This document shows positions 1 to 12,659 of a DNA stretch of 64,000 nt, piece after piece. Within the stretch, counting starts at the first letter, position 1. Each line of letters opens with the position of its first letter. The stretch spans positions 310,001-374,000 of the forward strand of contig NW_003314297.1 of the NCBI RefSeq assembly GCF_000143415.4, read 5' to 3'. A program made the translations under genes and the position numbers. The notes below the pieces were generated by a model. It worked only from the letters and a program-made list of their open reading frames with translations, was not told where the DNA came from and did no database searches. This DNA is from Selaginella moellendorffii. Its lineage: Eukaryota > Plantae > Lycopodiophyta.

Positions 1-2
1 GG

Positions 3-179
3 ATCAGCACCCCGGGGATGAGCGCGAGCTTGGCCTACTTCGACACGTACAGGCGCTCGCGACTGCCCGCGAATCTCGTCCAGGCGCAGCGCGATTATTT
101 TGGAGCTCACACCTACGAGCGAGTGGATCAAAGCGGGTGGTTTCACAGCGAGTGGCACAAGCTCGCGTCGGCCTTGTGA
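3..179 (+). CDS. PGD: 6-phosphogluconate dehydrogenase, C-terminal end (gene starts before the window)
   Basis: The frame from nt 3 reads [58 protein letters not shown] (TGA 177-179). [20 protein letters not shown] is the 6PGD C-terminal signature. Not in the ORF track. Confidence 0.96.
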   Translation: MSTPGMSASLAYFDTYRRSRLPANLVQAQRDYFGAHTYERVDQSGWFHSEWHKLASAL

Positions 180-1292
180 GGGAGGAGCCGTGAACACGCA
201 CTTTTGGTGCGCGTCGGTTTTGGATGGATAAAAGGCCATGGATGGAGACCCTCTTTTCTTTATACTTTTTGATTATTTGGATGGACTAACTTAAAAAGGT
301 AATAAACCAAGTCCATCTTAAACCATGCCATCTTCGTCACCCTTGTGATACATTATCGTGAACAATGCAACGGACAAAGTCTTTCAACTTTCCTTCCCAT
401 AAAAATGCCTCGTTCCTCGGACGACCTTTGTTAGCTCCCATTTTCGACTCCACAATGCCTGCTAGCCGGTCAAGTTTCGTTGCTAGCCGGTCGATGCTGT
501 ACACGTATAGGACAGCATACTTAAAGGAAGATCATCGAGCGGAGGTGGCATACCTTGGCTGCCATGTGGAGGATCGTCTCCTTCGCGGTCTAGTTAAGGA
601 ATGAAATAGGGCAGTGTTAAGTATTCTAAAGCAAACCAAAGAAAATTCTTTGATGGAGGAACCATGGCAATTGCAATGACGTTGAGATTGCTGGGCAAAA
701 TGCACGATCGATGGTGGCAAGGGCATGGTGTTGGCTGATTCACAGCCTTTGGGAATCATCACTGGCGTGAAGAAGCCGGCATCGTTGTGGATTTTGTCTT
801 GTGAATGTCCCGTGGCGAGTTGACATACCCTTTGCTCTTGAGTCCGAGAGCTAAGGAGCTTGTGGGAGTGAAGTAGTGGAAAGAATTTTCTCGTGTTTAA
901 TGCTTTCGTTCCTCACAGTCAACGGTAGTCAATCTTGGTCAGTCTGTCAATATTATTCCATCTCTTCTTCCTGCAGCAACAAGCAGAGCCTGGGTATGGC
1001 GGGGAAACGCGAAGCTGTGCACGATCAGGCGTCCCGGGGCTACTGTCACAAAAATGCAACACAGGCCTCAAATAAACCTTGCACGGCGGTGGTAGAATCC
1101 TGCTTTAAGAGTACTTGGATTCGAAGAAACATGATACACACAACTAGTTTAGTTGTCCTTCACCTCTGCAAGAACAAGCATTTGATGAGAAGAGGAAGTC
1201 TCACTCCTCCATTGCACAACCCGCTTCACCGCCGCCTACCTGCGAGAACAAGCATTCAATGAGAAAGAAAAATACATTGAAAAACCGAATCC

Positions 1293-4200
1293 TTACTCTT
1301 CCATTGCACGAACTTCTCCCGCTTCACCACCGCCGGCAGCTTCCTTGACATCGATGGTCACGTCGTACTCCTGATCGCAACCGAGGTACGCGTCACACAT
1401 GAAGTAGAGCTTATAGTTCTTGACACCCGCCTCCTGCGGAGTGAACTCCAGCTTGCACTTGTTCCTCCGCTGCAGTGTCACCCTCTTGATCGCCAGCAGC
1501 ACATTGTTCGCAGTGTCGCCGAGAACTAGCCACCACCCCTCTTCCCTCGTCTTTGCAAGCCTGGGAGCCTCCACGATTCCAACCTCCTCGTTTCCTTCCA
1601 CTTCCCTCTCCAGCGTCACCTGAACAGCAACTGGCTCTCCCACGGTCGCCTCTGCCTCGTCCAGCACCTCGAAAGCCATATCGATGTTTGGAAACCGGTT
1701 GCACGTCCGAGCGATTGCTAGCAGCTGCGAGTCGTCCATTCCCAGCAGCTCCCGCCTTTCCCCGTCTTCCATCTCGAGCAGATCAAACACCGTCTCCACG
1801 TTCCTCTCCTTGCACTTCTTCGCTAGATCCTTGGTGAAGTGCGGGAGCTGCAGGAGCACCGAGTCTCGCTCCCACAGTCCCTGCGTTACCATCTGACTTA
1901 TCTCCATGGCTGCAAGCGCCGGGTTGAGCCAAGCGTTGCTGGCTATCACGTCGACCATGGCCTGGAGAAGCTTGATTGCCTGGAGCAGCACCTCACGCTG
2001 GTCCATAGCCAGATTACCCGGGACGGGATGCCTGGAGAAGTGAGCTTGCAACAGCGCGTTGGCCTTGAGGTGTGGATCCGAGTACTTCGGCTTGTCAACC
2101 GAGAAGCGCTGGTGGTTGACAAGCTTTCGGACGATATCCTCCTCGCCAGGTCTCACGGGAAGAGTAGCGTACTCGGACGCAGAAGCCAGGATCTCCAGCA
2201 AGCCTTTCATCTTCGTCTTTGCAGTCAGAGAGTTGCTGAAGAGCTCGATGGTAGTGTATCGTATGTAGTAGTAGGACGCGATCATTCCCAGGTTGAGTGG
2301 CGACAGCTCCATATCGTCCTCCACTGCGATACACTTGCTGGACTCCAGATCGTTGAGAGTCGACTCTACAAGCTCGGAGAGATGATCCGAAAGGTGCCGA
2401 TGGCTCACGCCCTGAAGGTTGTAGTAGTTTGGATTCTGAGTCAGCCTCCGGTACATGAGCGTCCATGTCAAGTAGTCCACTGCATCCTGCTTGTTCTCGA
2501 TGGTATGCACCACTATCTCTGCGTTGAGATGGTCGTGGATGTAGTGATCCAAGTGGCTCTCCACGGGGAAAGGCTCGTACAGGAACTTCTTGTAATACTC
2601 CTTACGAGGAGCATGGCATAAGATGACACACTTGCCAGAGCTGTCCACCAGAGGCCTGCTTGCACGCCCCATCATCTGCAGAAGATCCGTAATAGGATAG
2701 TCTGTGTGAGCGTTCTCTCTGCCGTCGTAGTACTGCGTCCCCATGACCACCAAGAGGTGCGCAGTAAGTGTCATCCCCCAGCACATAGAGCTGCTTGCAA
2801 CGCACACCTGAATGGCTCCGGCACTGAAGAGTTCCCCAACAATGTCTTGCTCGGTTGGAGACAAGCCTTCGTGGAGATATCCGACACCACCTTGCAGAGT
2901 CTCCTTGAGCTCGGGATCCCTTATCCGCTCCAGCAGGGGCTCCAAATCCTTCTCAGTGCACTGCAAGAAGCTGTTCCCGCCGGCCAGCGCGTAGAGAACG
3001 AGGTCGGAAGCAGTAGAGCGTGCATGCTTCCTCGTAGGAACAAAAACCAAGGCCGGTTTTCCACCCTTGGCATGCTGGAGAATGGCTGTGAAAGTTGGCT
3101 TCGTCATCGCTTGAACCCGAGCTTCAAAGTTCGTGATGTCGACTCCCTGAATGTGGATCTCGAGTGGAACTGGTCGCACAGCCGGAGAGAAGTTGAAAAG
3201 TCCGTGGGAGCTCGCTCCGATCCAGTCACCCAGGTCCTTGGCATTAGCCAGTGACGCCGACAGTGCGACTATCCGGATTTTGTCTCCAGCTTGCTTCGAG
3301 ATATAACGCATTCTAGAAACAATAACTTCCAGAACCGGACCACCTTCACCACCGATCAAGTGAAGCTCGTCTACCAGGAAGAGATTAACCTGTCCGATCT
3401 GCTTCCGCTGCTTCCACCTTCGTGACAACACATCCCACCTCTCTGGTGTGCTGATAATCACCTGGCCTCTGTCCAAAAGCTTCAAGTCCATAGCAGTTTC
3501 CCCTGTCAGCTGCACCACTTGAACTTTCAAGTCGGCGAACTTCTTTTCCCAGTCCTCAAACCGCTCCTTCGCAAGAGCTTCTTTCGGAGCAATGTAGACA
3601 CATTTACCACCTCCAGTGTCCGCGTTCTTTTGCAGCATGCGTAGCACGGCAAACTCTCCACAGATAGTTTTTCCGCTTCCCGTTGGCGCTGCAACAAGAA
3701 CGTTGTCATCTGTGTTGTAGAGAACCGTGAACACCTGTGTCTGAATAGGATTGAAGTGCTTGAACTGCTGGTAGAGAGCTTCAAAAGAAGGCTCCCGCAA
3801 AGCTGTGACCGGAAGAGGCTGCAGGTCCAGAAGCTCCGTTGGAGGTGGATACTTCTCGGGTAGAATCAAGTGCCTGAAAGAAACCGGAAGCACAGTCTCC
3901 GCTTTCAGCCACCTGTCCGAGATGACACGGATAAAATACTGCGGCGGCATCGGCTCAAAAATCGGAACTGTGAAGCTCAGGTTGTGGTCATCCTCCACGT
4001 ACTGCATCTTGAGTAGGAAATACTCGTGGTGAAGTATGGTCTCGCCATCATTATCCTCCACGATGACCCAAAATGGCTCCACAAAGCCATGAATCTTCTC
4101 GTCCCACTGAAAGTCCGGTGTGATGGTCAGGTCCACCTTGAGCACGGACCTTGTGATGGGTTGAACATGTGCGCTCAGCTCCAGCTTTGGAAACTGATGA

Positions 4201-7200
4201 ACGAACTTGTGGATCATCTTTCCAAGTTTCGGAATGCGGATAAGCTCTCCGATCTCCTGCGATGTCAGGTCATAATACCGCTCCCACGCATAATCCTTCT
4301 TCTCAATCTTGGTGAGAACGTCGATTGGAATGCCTTTGAACTGCCGCAACGGTGTCTGCGTGCTCCACATTCTCCTCTGGACCATTTTGCAAAGGTTGAG
4401 AGCCTTTTCAGCCAGTTGAGCCCAGCCCCGCTTCAAAACAATCTCAAACAATGCGCGCATCAACCGTCCGGCACTCTGCAAAACCATGCGCACGTTAGTT
4501 TGAAGCAAAGTGAAGTCCAATTCTCTTACCTGTGTTATGAACGTCATATCTGTGAAGAGAGAGAAGCCTTCAAGCTTCAGCTGCGATATGTAGGCTTGAA
4601 GCAGTACGTTGATCTTGGCGGACGGCTCCTCCAGACTCTCCTTGACAGGTACCGGAACTCTGTCCAATAACTTGGCGAGCTCAAGTTTTTCTTCCTCCCT
4701 GACCCCAACATTCTTGAACTCTTCGCTTTGTGAAAACAACCGGCACAGTTCGATCTCTCCCATCGTTGGCTTTAGGTGCTCATTGTACGTGGCCATTGTA
4801 CCGTGGCTGATATAGTAATGGCTAGCAATTCGGCCAAGGTCCGTCACCTGGAAATAGCCACTCTTTCGATCATATTTCACCAGATTGTTCTTGTCCAGAA
4901 TTGTTGCCGCAGTATGAATCTACAAAAAACAAGGTTAAGTAACGTTTTCAGATTTTCTATTACTAAAAGTGCTTACCAAGTCCGCCCTCCTCTCCTCCAA
5001 TGTTTCGTCAGTCTCGAGTACTTCTGGGTTGACGCCATAAAGCAGTGGGTTCCGCAGCATCCGGATATACAAGTACGTGTAGCCAAGCCACGCACAAGCC
5101 TCCCTCGCATTTTGCACGCTCCCAAGCACAATCTCGGCGTTGAGGTTGTCCGGCAGCTTGGAGATGAACTGACTTTCGATTGGAAGCTGCTGGTTCATCA
5201 GTGAAAGATAATACGAGAGCTCGCTGTGGCCAGTGATGATAATGCCTTCGCCAGTGCTATCAAACTGAGGCCGTCCAGCACGCCCAAGCATTTGCATCAC
5301 GTCCATGGGACTTAGCTCCGTCCAAGCACCTTTCTCGGGATTGTACACCTGAGTCCCTTTGATGATAACGGTATGGGCCGGAAGATTTACTCCCCAAGCT
5401 AGAGTCGCAGTCGAAACCAGCACCTGGATATGCCCGTCTGCGAAAAGTTCCTCCACAAGAGTTCTGTCGGCTCTCGCCATTCCAGCGTGGTGAATGGCAA
5501 AACCGTACGACAGAAGGCCTTTCAAGTCCGTGTTCTTCACGTTCTCCGCCTCGGTCCGCAGGATCTCACTACTAGCGCTGTCTCCCTTCAAGAATTTCCC
5601 TAGAGTATCATTTGTGAGCGCCGAGTCCCGTATAGCTTTTGCTGTCTTTGCCGTCTCCTTCCGAGAGTGCACAAAGATGAGAATCTGGCTCTTTCCCGCA
5701 ACAGCCAACACCTTCTCGTAGCAAATCTCGTTCATGAGCTGGAACCTTTGAAGCGGCTTCTTCACGGATATCCCAACGTACTGCTGACTCAAAGGGACCG
5801 GCCGGAAGCTGTTGTCGAAGTGAAACAGGCCCCTCGACTTGTCCACCCTCAGGAACATGGACACGTCCACGTAATTCGGCAGTGTCGCGGATAAGCCCAC
5901 CAGCCTGATCATATCGTGCGTTGTTTCAACCTGGCGAAGTGTTCGAGCCACAATACTCTCCAGAACTGGACCACGGCCATCGTGCAGCAGATGAATTTCG
6001 TCGATGATAACCAGCTTGACAAGTTGAGTGTAGGCCCTGTCGCCTGATTTTCGGGTGATGATATCCCACTTCTCCGGAGTCGCTACGATGATGTGCGTCT
6101 CTTCAATTTGCTGCCGAGAAAGCGACTGATCTCCAGTGAGCTCCTTCACTACAACACCATAGTCCGCCAGTCTCTTCTGAAGATTCCCAACCATCTCAGC
6201 GACCAAAGCCTTCATCGGAGCAATATAGACGATCTTTGTGTGACTGAGATCAAAAGTACCATCCGACTCCTGCTTCGAACCAAGCTCTTGAAGAATGGTG
6301 AGCAACGCAACGTTGGTCTTGCCAGCGCCTGTTGGTGCGCAAAGGAGAATATTTTCCTGAGTAAAGAGAGCCGTCTCGTAAACTCTGCTCTGGATGCGAT
6401 TCAACGTTTTCATCTCCTTGAATGCAGGCTGAGCCCAAGACGGCAAGTCCGATATCTTGACCAGCTCTTCACCTTCCTCCATTGGCTTCACCTTCATGGC
6501 AGGAACATGAACTTCCTCGTATCCTTTCTTCATCGTCCTGTAAGTGCCCTCCGGAAGCTCGCACTTTTTGTTGGCCATGAACAGGCCCTCCTTCTCAAAC
6601 GCCAGGTCTTTCAAGTCGAGAAATTGCCGCTGGCCTTGCCATCCTCCTTCCAAGACCACCTCCCTCTCCGGCCTTCGATCCTTTTCTCCGTCACCACCTT
6701 CTTCACGGAGTTTCCTCGCTTCCTCACGGATACTACGCTCCAGATTCTTTTGCCGCTCCTGCAAAGGCTCGATCTCGTTAGATAAGAAAGAAACAAGAAT
6801 ATGTAAATACATTACCTTCGCAGTCGCTCGAGTAGCGTGGAGCTGCTCCAGAATTCCCGACAAAACCGAACCTCCCTCCGTCATCTCATCTTCAATCCTT
6901 TTCCTCTCTTTATCGTCCTGCGATCGGGCCAGCCGAGTGCACCAGACAATCTTCCACCTGTTCTTGAGGAGCAACTTAATGAGCCCAAACTTGTCATAGT
7001 CCAGGAGCATGACGAGCCTGTTCTCCACGTCCCTCTCATCGCCCTCTCCAAGAGTTTGCAGAACCTCCTCGGCAAGCTTCTGGCTGTGCTGAGGCTCAAT
7101 CTCCTCGTACGCCTGAGTGATCTTCCGCTGGAGCCAGTACGCATCGATATCCTGGACGTTGAGTCCTTCGTCCGCCTCCTCCATGTCCTCGTCATCGAGG

Positions 7201-7955
7201 CCTCCCATTTGCATTGCTGATGCCTCGTTCGTCTCCTGACCATCTTCCTCGTTCTCACTCTCCTCCTGGACTTCGTCAACATCGCTCTCCTCTTCCTCGT
7301 CCTCCTCCTCGAACTCCACAGCCACGCCGATATCATCATCCAGAGCCTCCCCGGCAGCACCGCCAGCGTCACCACCATCGTAGAAGTCGACAATGATCTT
7401 CCCGATATTCACGAGCTGGTTGAATCGCTCCTGGCCAAGCTCGTTGAGCAGCTTCTCCAGCTCCTTCTTCTTGTCAGAGTCTTTCATCTTGTCATTCTTG
7501 AGCACCACTAGCACTTCGTCCGCCGCTCCACGCAGCACGTCCTGTGGCTGGTCCCCAAACTGCTGCTGGATCGTGCTGAGCAGTGCCTCGTATGCCGCCC
7601 GCGTCTCTTTCGTCTTTGGGCGATAAGTTCCCTCTTCTTGCAGCGACAAAACACTCTCCTCCTGTGACCCCTTTGATCGCTTGCTGGGCCGCCGCAGCAC
7701 ATCGTCCTGATTCTCCTTCTCCTTGCGCTTGCTGGCCTTGGCCTTCTTCTCGAGGAGCTCCGGCGGCTTGCCATGATCTACTCTATCCCCAAACCGCCGC
7801 GGATCTATCCTACCCCAGAGGCTCTCCGGCTCACCTGTGGGCTCGTGAGTGTCGCGCGGCCGTGTGTCGGTCGTCAGCACCAGACTGGAGTTGGCGCGGT
7901 ACTCGTACTGCTTGAACCGGGCGTGCGCCTCAGCACCGCCTCCCAAATGCGCCAT
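1293..7955 (-). CDS. BRR2: U5 snRNP 200 kDa DExH-box RNA helicase BRR2 (two Ski2-like helicase + Sec63 cassettes)
   Basis: ATG 7955 ([27 protein letters not shown]). Two helicase cassettes: [12 protein letters not shown] and [16 protein letters not shown] introns at 6759-6815, 4920-4976 and 4476-4529. Confidence 0.98.
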
Positions 7956-9007
7956 AGCTTCTGCCCTAGTTCCCAAAGCCCTAAATCGGATATTTGTGTG
8001 AATATTCTCTGGTGAGATGTTAAGTAGCTTAAATAAAGTTCTTGAGGAGGAGTTTTATCAGTGCTGGTTGACACCACTGTTAAAATCTAACCTCATCCTT
8101 GTGCCAATTAATCTTTGCTGTACACTAACAAGTTCACTATACATGCTCATTTTGGAAAATGTATGCCTGGGAAATCATGAACAATGCAAAAATTTATTAT
8201 TAACCAAGAAGAAATATTAAAACAAAATCCATAAAACAAACATGGAAAACTCAATTTGTTTCTCTTTTGTTTTAATCTCGAAAAAGTTCTCCAACCGTGC
8301 CAATGCTTACCTTTATTAAGCTTGTGCATATCAGGACTCATTTGGTCGTCAATAAGTTTATGTATTATATAATCAACCCTGTCCTCTTCAGGTTTGGCAT
8401 AGATTCTGCCACAAGCACACTCAATAGCCTTGCGTGGTAGTCTAAAATGTATAGCTGGTCTTCCACCTCCTAGCTCATCCTCCGTAGTTCCTAAGCCCTA
8501 GATCCTGATATATTATTCTATTCTGCCCTCAAATTTAAGGAATCTTATTATTTGAATCTAAAAGATAAATATTAGGATTTTAAATTGAGCAATATATAAT
8601 GATGCCAAATGGGTAGCACAGTAGCACTGTTGTTGCCTCTTACAGCAATGAAAGAAAAAAAGGAGGTGCAAAAGACGTGCATATTTATGGTACTGGGTAT
8701 TGGAGATACATTCAGCTGTAATCTTTTGTTCATATTATCATGGTTCAATTTAGGGTGGATGAATTGTCTATGTCAATGTGAATTCTATGTACCCAATGAT
8801 GGAACTCTCTTGTTGGAGCATCACAAGGAGAGCATCACGGTATGGTATAAGGTCAGCATCGCACCCGTTGGAATAGGACACGTCCGGATGTGTGCCAGGT
8901 GTCACTAGAATAAGAACCAACCTCCCTTCACATATATCCTCGTCAACAACTCTCATTCATTAACTGTGCGCTATGGCCGATACATAGTCTCTATTGTGTA
9001 GAACACT

Positions 9008-9070
9008 CTAGCGGCGCCGCTAGGAGACTTATAGAGACTAGCGGCGCCGCTCCCGCCTAGCGTCGCCGCT
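9008..9070. promoter_or_regulatory. Three CTAGCGGCGCCGCT-like motifs upstream of the hydrolase gene
   Basis: Perfect 16-bp palindrome CTAGCGGCGCCGCTAG at 9008-9023; copies CTAGCGGCGCCGCT (~9038) and CTAGCGTCGCCGCT (~9057), ~150-200 bp upstream of ATG 9216. Regulatory role is inferred only. Confidence 0.4.
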
Positions 9071-9215
9071 GTCCACAAAATTCACGGTGGAGGATTTAGT
9101 ATTTTGGGTTTTGGAGCACGAACCGGGCAAGATCACGAGCGCCTTGCCTGGGAGCCTCTCCGGATCCCGCATTGCGGCAATCGAATCGGCAGATCGGGCG
9201 AGCGGGCGCCCGGCA

Positions 9216-10949
9216 ATGTCAGGGATGAAAGCCGATCGTGTCAGCTACACGGAGGTGTGATTTCTCGGCCAGGACGAGCTCTAATCCGGATCTTTCTCCC
9301 TTTCTGTGCAGGAATTCATCTACAATTCCAGAGGCACGAGGCTTTTCACTTGCCGATGGATCCCGCTGCGCCAGGATGTCAAGGGATTGGTCTTTCTTTG
9401 CCACGGTAACGCGAAATATTTCCTGTTCTACCGAGATCTTCCTTGAAATATGCGTTCTTGGATCGCTCTTTGTGCTCCTAGGATATGGAATGGAATGCAG
9501 CCGATTCATGAAAGGTATCGAGGCATTGATCGCTAGAGGTCGGCAGTGATAAATTCTCATCTTTATCCAGGAACTGGACAACGCCTGTCAAGAGCTGGAT
9601 ACGCGGTGTTTGGAATCGACTATGAAGGCCATGGAAGATCTGAGGGGCGGAGATGTTACATTCGCAGCTTCGACTATCTCGTGGACGATTGCATCGTGTT
9701 CTTTAAGAACGTCCGAGGTGAGAACCTCCATGGAATTGTTATTTCATCGTCAACACTTTTGGATCCCATAGAATGGCCGGAGTATAGAAGGAAGCCATGC
9801 TTTCTTTACGGCGAGTCCATGGGAGGCGCTGTGGCGCTACTCGTCCAGAAGAAGACTCCAGGCGAATGGAACGGGGCAATCCTGGTGGCTCCAATGTGCA
9901 AGGTATAAACAAAACAAAGCTCGTGATTTTCTCCAAAGTTTACACTATCTTTGTCGCAGATATCAAAGAATATGAAGCCGCATCCACTGCTAATTCGCGT
10001 CCTCGTGAAGCTGGCCCGCACGATCCCGACTTGGAAGGTCGTCCCCATCAAAGACGTGATCGGCCAAGCCTTTAAAGATCCTGTGAAACGAGAGGAGGTA
10101 ACAGATACTCATCTCTCTCAAGCTTTTCTCTTTTCCTTCGCTTACGACTTGCAAGCAATCGAACTATAACTCGTTCACCTAACGTCATGAGGTTGTTTTC
10201 CAGATCCGAGACAACCCTTACGTCTATCAAGGCCGCCCACGATTGCGGACAGCGGTGGAGATGCTCTACACAAGTCTCAATCTTGAATGTCAGCTCCATG
10301 AGGTACGACCACCTTCCAAGCTTTTCTTAAATCGCATCGTATCGCTGGCGAGCTTTCTCTTTTCTAGGTGAAGCTCCCATTTCTCGTGCTCCACGGAGAG
10401 AACGACGTCGTCACGGACCCGGCCATCAGCCAGGAGCTCTACGACTCGGCCGGGAGCCTGGACAAAGCCATCAAGATCTACCCCGGTATGTGGCACGGCC
10501 TCACGTCCGGAGAGCCCGACGAGAACATCGACATGGTCTTCGAGGACATAGTAACGTGGCTCGACATGAGGTGCCCCCCCGGAAGCCTGGCAGCCAGTCC
10601 CATACGATTCTCGGACATCCAGACGCGACGAGCAATGCTGGCTTGCAGCAGCCCGCTGAGGCTGGAGGACGCTCACACCAGGCAGCCGGGCATGGTTGGA
10701 TCGCTGCGGCATAGGCATCTCACCGGCCAGACCAGCGAAGCGTCCAGCGTCCCCGCCAGCCCGATGAGACTCTTCGAGTTCCGGAAGAGAGACCTGGCGT
10801 CCTCGCCGAGCGTTCCCGCCAGCCCCATGAGAGACTCGGAGCGCAAGTGCTTGCGGTGGATGGATCACAAAGGTGGCGACTCTTGCGCTCGCGGTGCTGC
10901 AAGACACGACCACGCGAGTCACCGGCTTCCAGCGGTGATGATCAGATAG
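9216..10949 (+). CDS. Monoacylglycerol lipase / caffeoyl shikimate esterase family alpha/beta hydrolase, multi-exon, with C-terminal extension
   Basis: Spliced: MSGMKADRVSYTE|EFIYNSRGTRLFTCRWIP...LVFLCHG|YGMECS...GIDYEGHGRSEG...LYGESMGGAV (nucleophile)...LHGENDVVTDP...YPGMWHGL (catalytic Asp/His). Confidence 0.93.
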
Positions 10950-11018
10950 CAAAGCTCCCAAACGCATAAAAATAAGAAGAAGAAGGCGGAGAATTCAAGT
11001 GAGAGGTACTCCCTTTTC

Positions 11019-11560
11019 TTATTTCTTTTTGGGACGTTTACGTTTCCTCTTGCGTTTCTCTTTCTCTCCTCCTAGATTCCCAGGCACTGCCACTCTTGTG
11101 TGGTCCTGTGTGGCATCTGGGACAGTGGATCCACGGCTGGTGGTGGCGTTATGCTGTTCCATTTTCCTCTTGTTCTGTGTCGACTGAGAGACAGAAAATG
11201 TACGCCAGATGAGAGTGCGTTTTTTCGATCGATACAAATACTAACCGGTCGCGTCGCAGTCTGATGGTGTTTCGTTTGTACGGGGTTTGAGTTTGATTGT
11301 GTCGCTGTGCTAGTGTTTGGCAAACTGCTAAACTCCTTGTCAGCCAAGAAAAAACCAAAAGAGAGGAAAATCCAAATCCAAAACACTAGATTACCTTATG
11401 GGATTCTCTTGCTCCTCGTCATTGCCATCGTCGCTGTTTTCTTTCGCAAAGAAGTCATCCTCGCTCATGTCCACCGCGGAGTCATTCTCTTCCTCGCTAC
11501 CAGTCTCTGCAAAAAAATGGTTTCTTGTTAGCACACACAGAGACACAGAGAGAGAGAGAG

Positions 11561-11615
<55 letters not shown>

Positions 11616-12383
11616 TATTCTTGGTAGCAAAGAAGGAATCTAAGGAAGCTCATACCTTCTTCCTCGAGCTCCACACCAGCGGCGGCGGCTGCCGCAATAT
11701 TAGCACGGATCGTCTCTCGCAACTTCTCCCGACGAGCAATCGCGTGTGAGTCGGCGTTCTCCATGAACAAAGAGACGTACTTCTCGCTCTTTGGGAAGAA
11801 CTGCTCAAGAAAAGTGGCAGGATTTCAGGAGAAAAGATTGGAATGGCACTAACCTTGATGTATTCCAGGTCTTGCTTTAGTTGCTGGAGCTTGGCAGCGG
11901 CCTCGTCCTTGGATTTCTCATCGGGAGCGTTCTTAAGTTCCTTCTCGGCACGCCTCAATCCCCTCTCGACCTTTCTTCGCTCTACCTTAGGCACATTGGA
12001 ACAACAACGCTCGTGTGATTGGACCGATCGCGCAAAATAGAAAACTCACCGACGAATTTCACTTGCTTGTAGCGTTTGGAGATGTTGCGATCCACTTTGA
12101 CGCGGGAGGGCTGCAGCCCTGGATTGTGATTGTCCTTGAGCTGCTTCAAGCGGCTCTCCTGGGCCTGCCGCACTTCCTGCGAGAGATTCTGCGAGACAGA
12201 AAGGGGAGGAGAAATCCTCGGTGGCTGCGAGCAATCCAAGCACAATACCAGCTTCAGCAGGCGCTGAATGTCGCGAATCTGCCTGCCAAGCGACGCTTGC
12301 TTCCTCGCCCGCTCCAATCCATTCTTCTTCAAGGGCTTGGACCGCACATCCAATCGCCTATTTGCGCCACGATCTGGCGCCAT
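11019..12383 (-). CDS. EFG1: rRNA-processing protein EFG1-like, multi-exon
   Basis: Exons give IRDIQRLLK...ISKRYKQVKFV-ERRKVER...LKQDLEYIK-FFPKSEKYVSLF (Efg1 pattern), an acidic SEDDFF segment and a basic KRKRKRKRPKKK end. Confidence 0.85.
11532..11615. repeat. (AG)n microsatellite in an EFG1 intron
   Basis: Directly visible long AG run with a few AC interruptions. Confidence 0.97.
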
Positions 12384-12659
12384 CGCTGTGACAAATGGGA
12401 GCGCGATCGATCTAAAACCCTACATTAGAGCCCTAGATCATTTGCTCCATCCACTTTGTCAGCCGCCGGATCAGCCCGCATCCAACGGCTATTGTCTCGT
12501 GACACATGGCAAATCAAAGGCCGAATTTTAGGGTTCTTGGGGAAAATCATGAGCGAGGAGGGAGATGGAGATCTCCGGGCGCTCTTGCTGCTGGTGATTC
12601 ACGCAAGGATTTTGTAGAAACAGGCGAGCGATTCTAGAGTTTCTAGCATTTAGATCAGG

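Noticed and set aside
168-193. 6PGD C-terminal SAL or read-through as a peroxisomal signal
   Set aside because: SAL is not a canonical PTS1, and read-through gives no SKL-type end nearby.
365-1262. Short ORFs between 6PGD and BRR2
   Set aside because: No recognisable domain or consistent splice model.
1411-7915. Many 60-260 aa ORFs overlapping BRR2 (and similar ones over other GC-rich exons)
   Set aside because: Antisense or alternative-frame shadows of real coding exons with no independent domain signal.
8017-8956. Short ORFs between BRR2 and the hydrolase
   Set aside because: AT-rich with no recognisable motif; possibly decayed repeat, not supportable.
11391-11749. ORFs with SLSLSL / RERERE runs
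   Set aside because: Translations of the intronic AG microsatellite.
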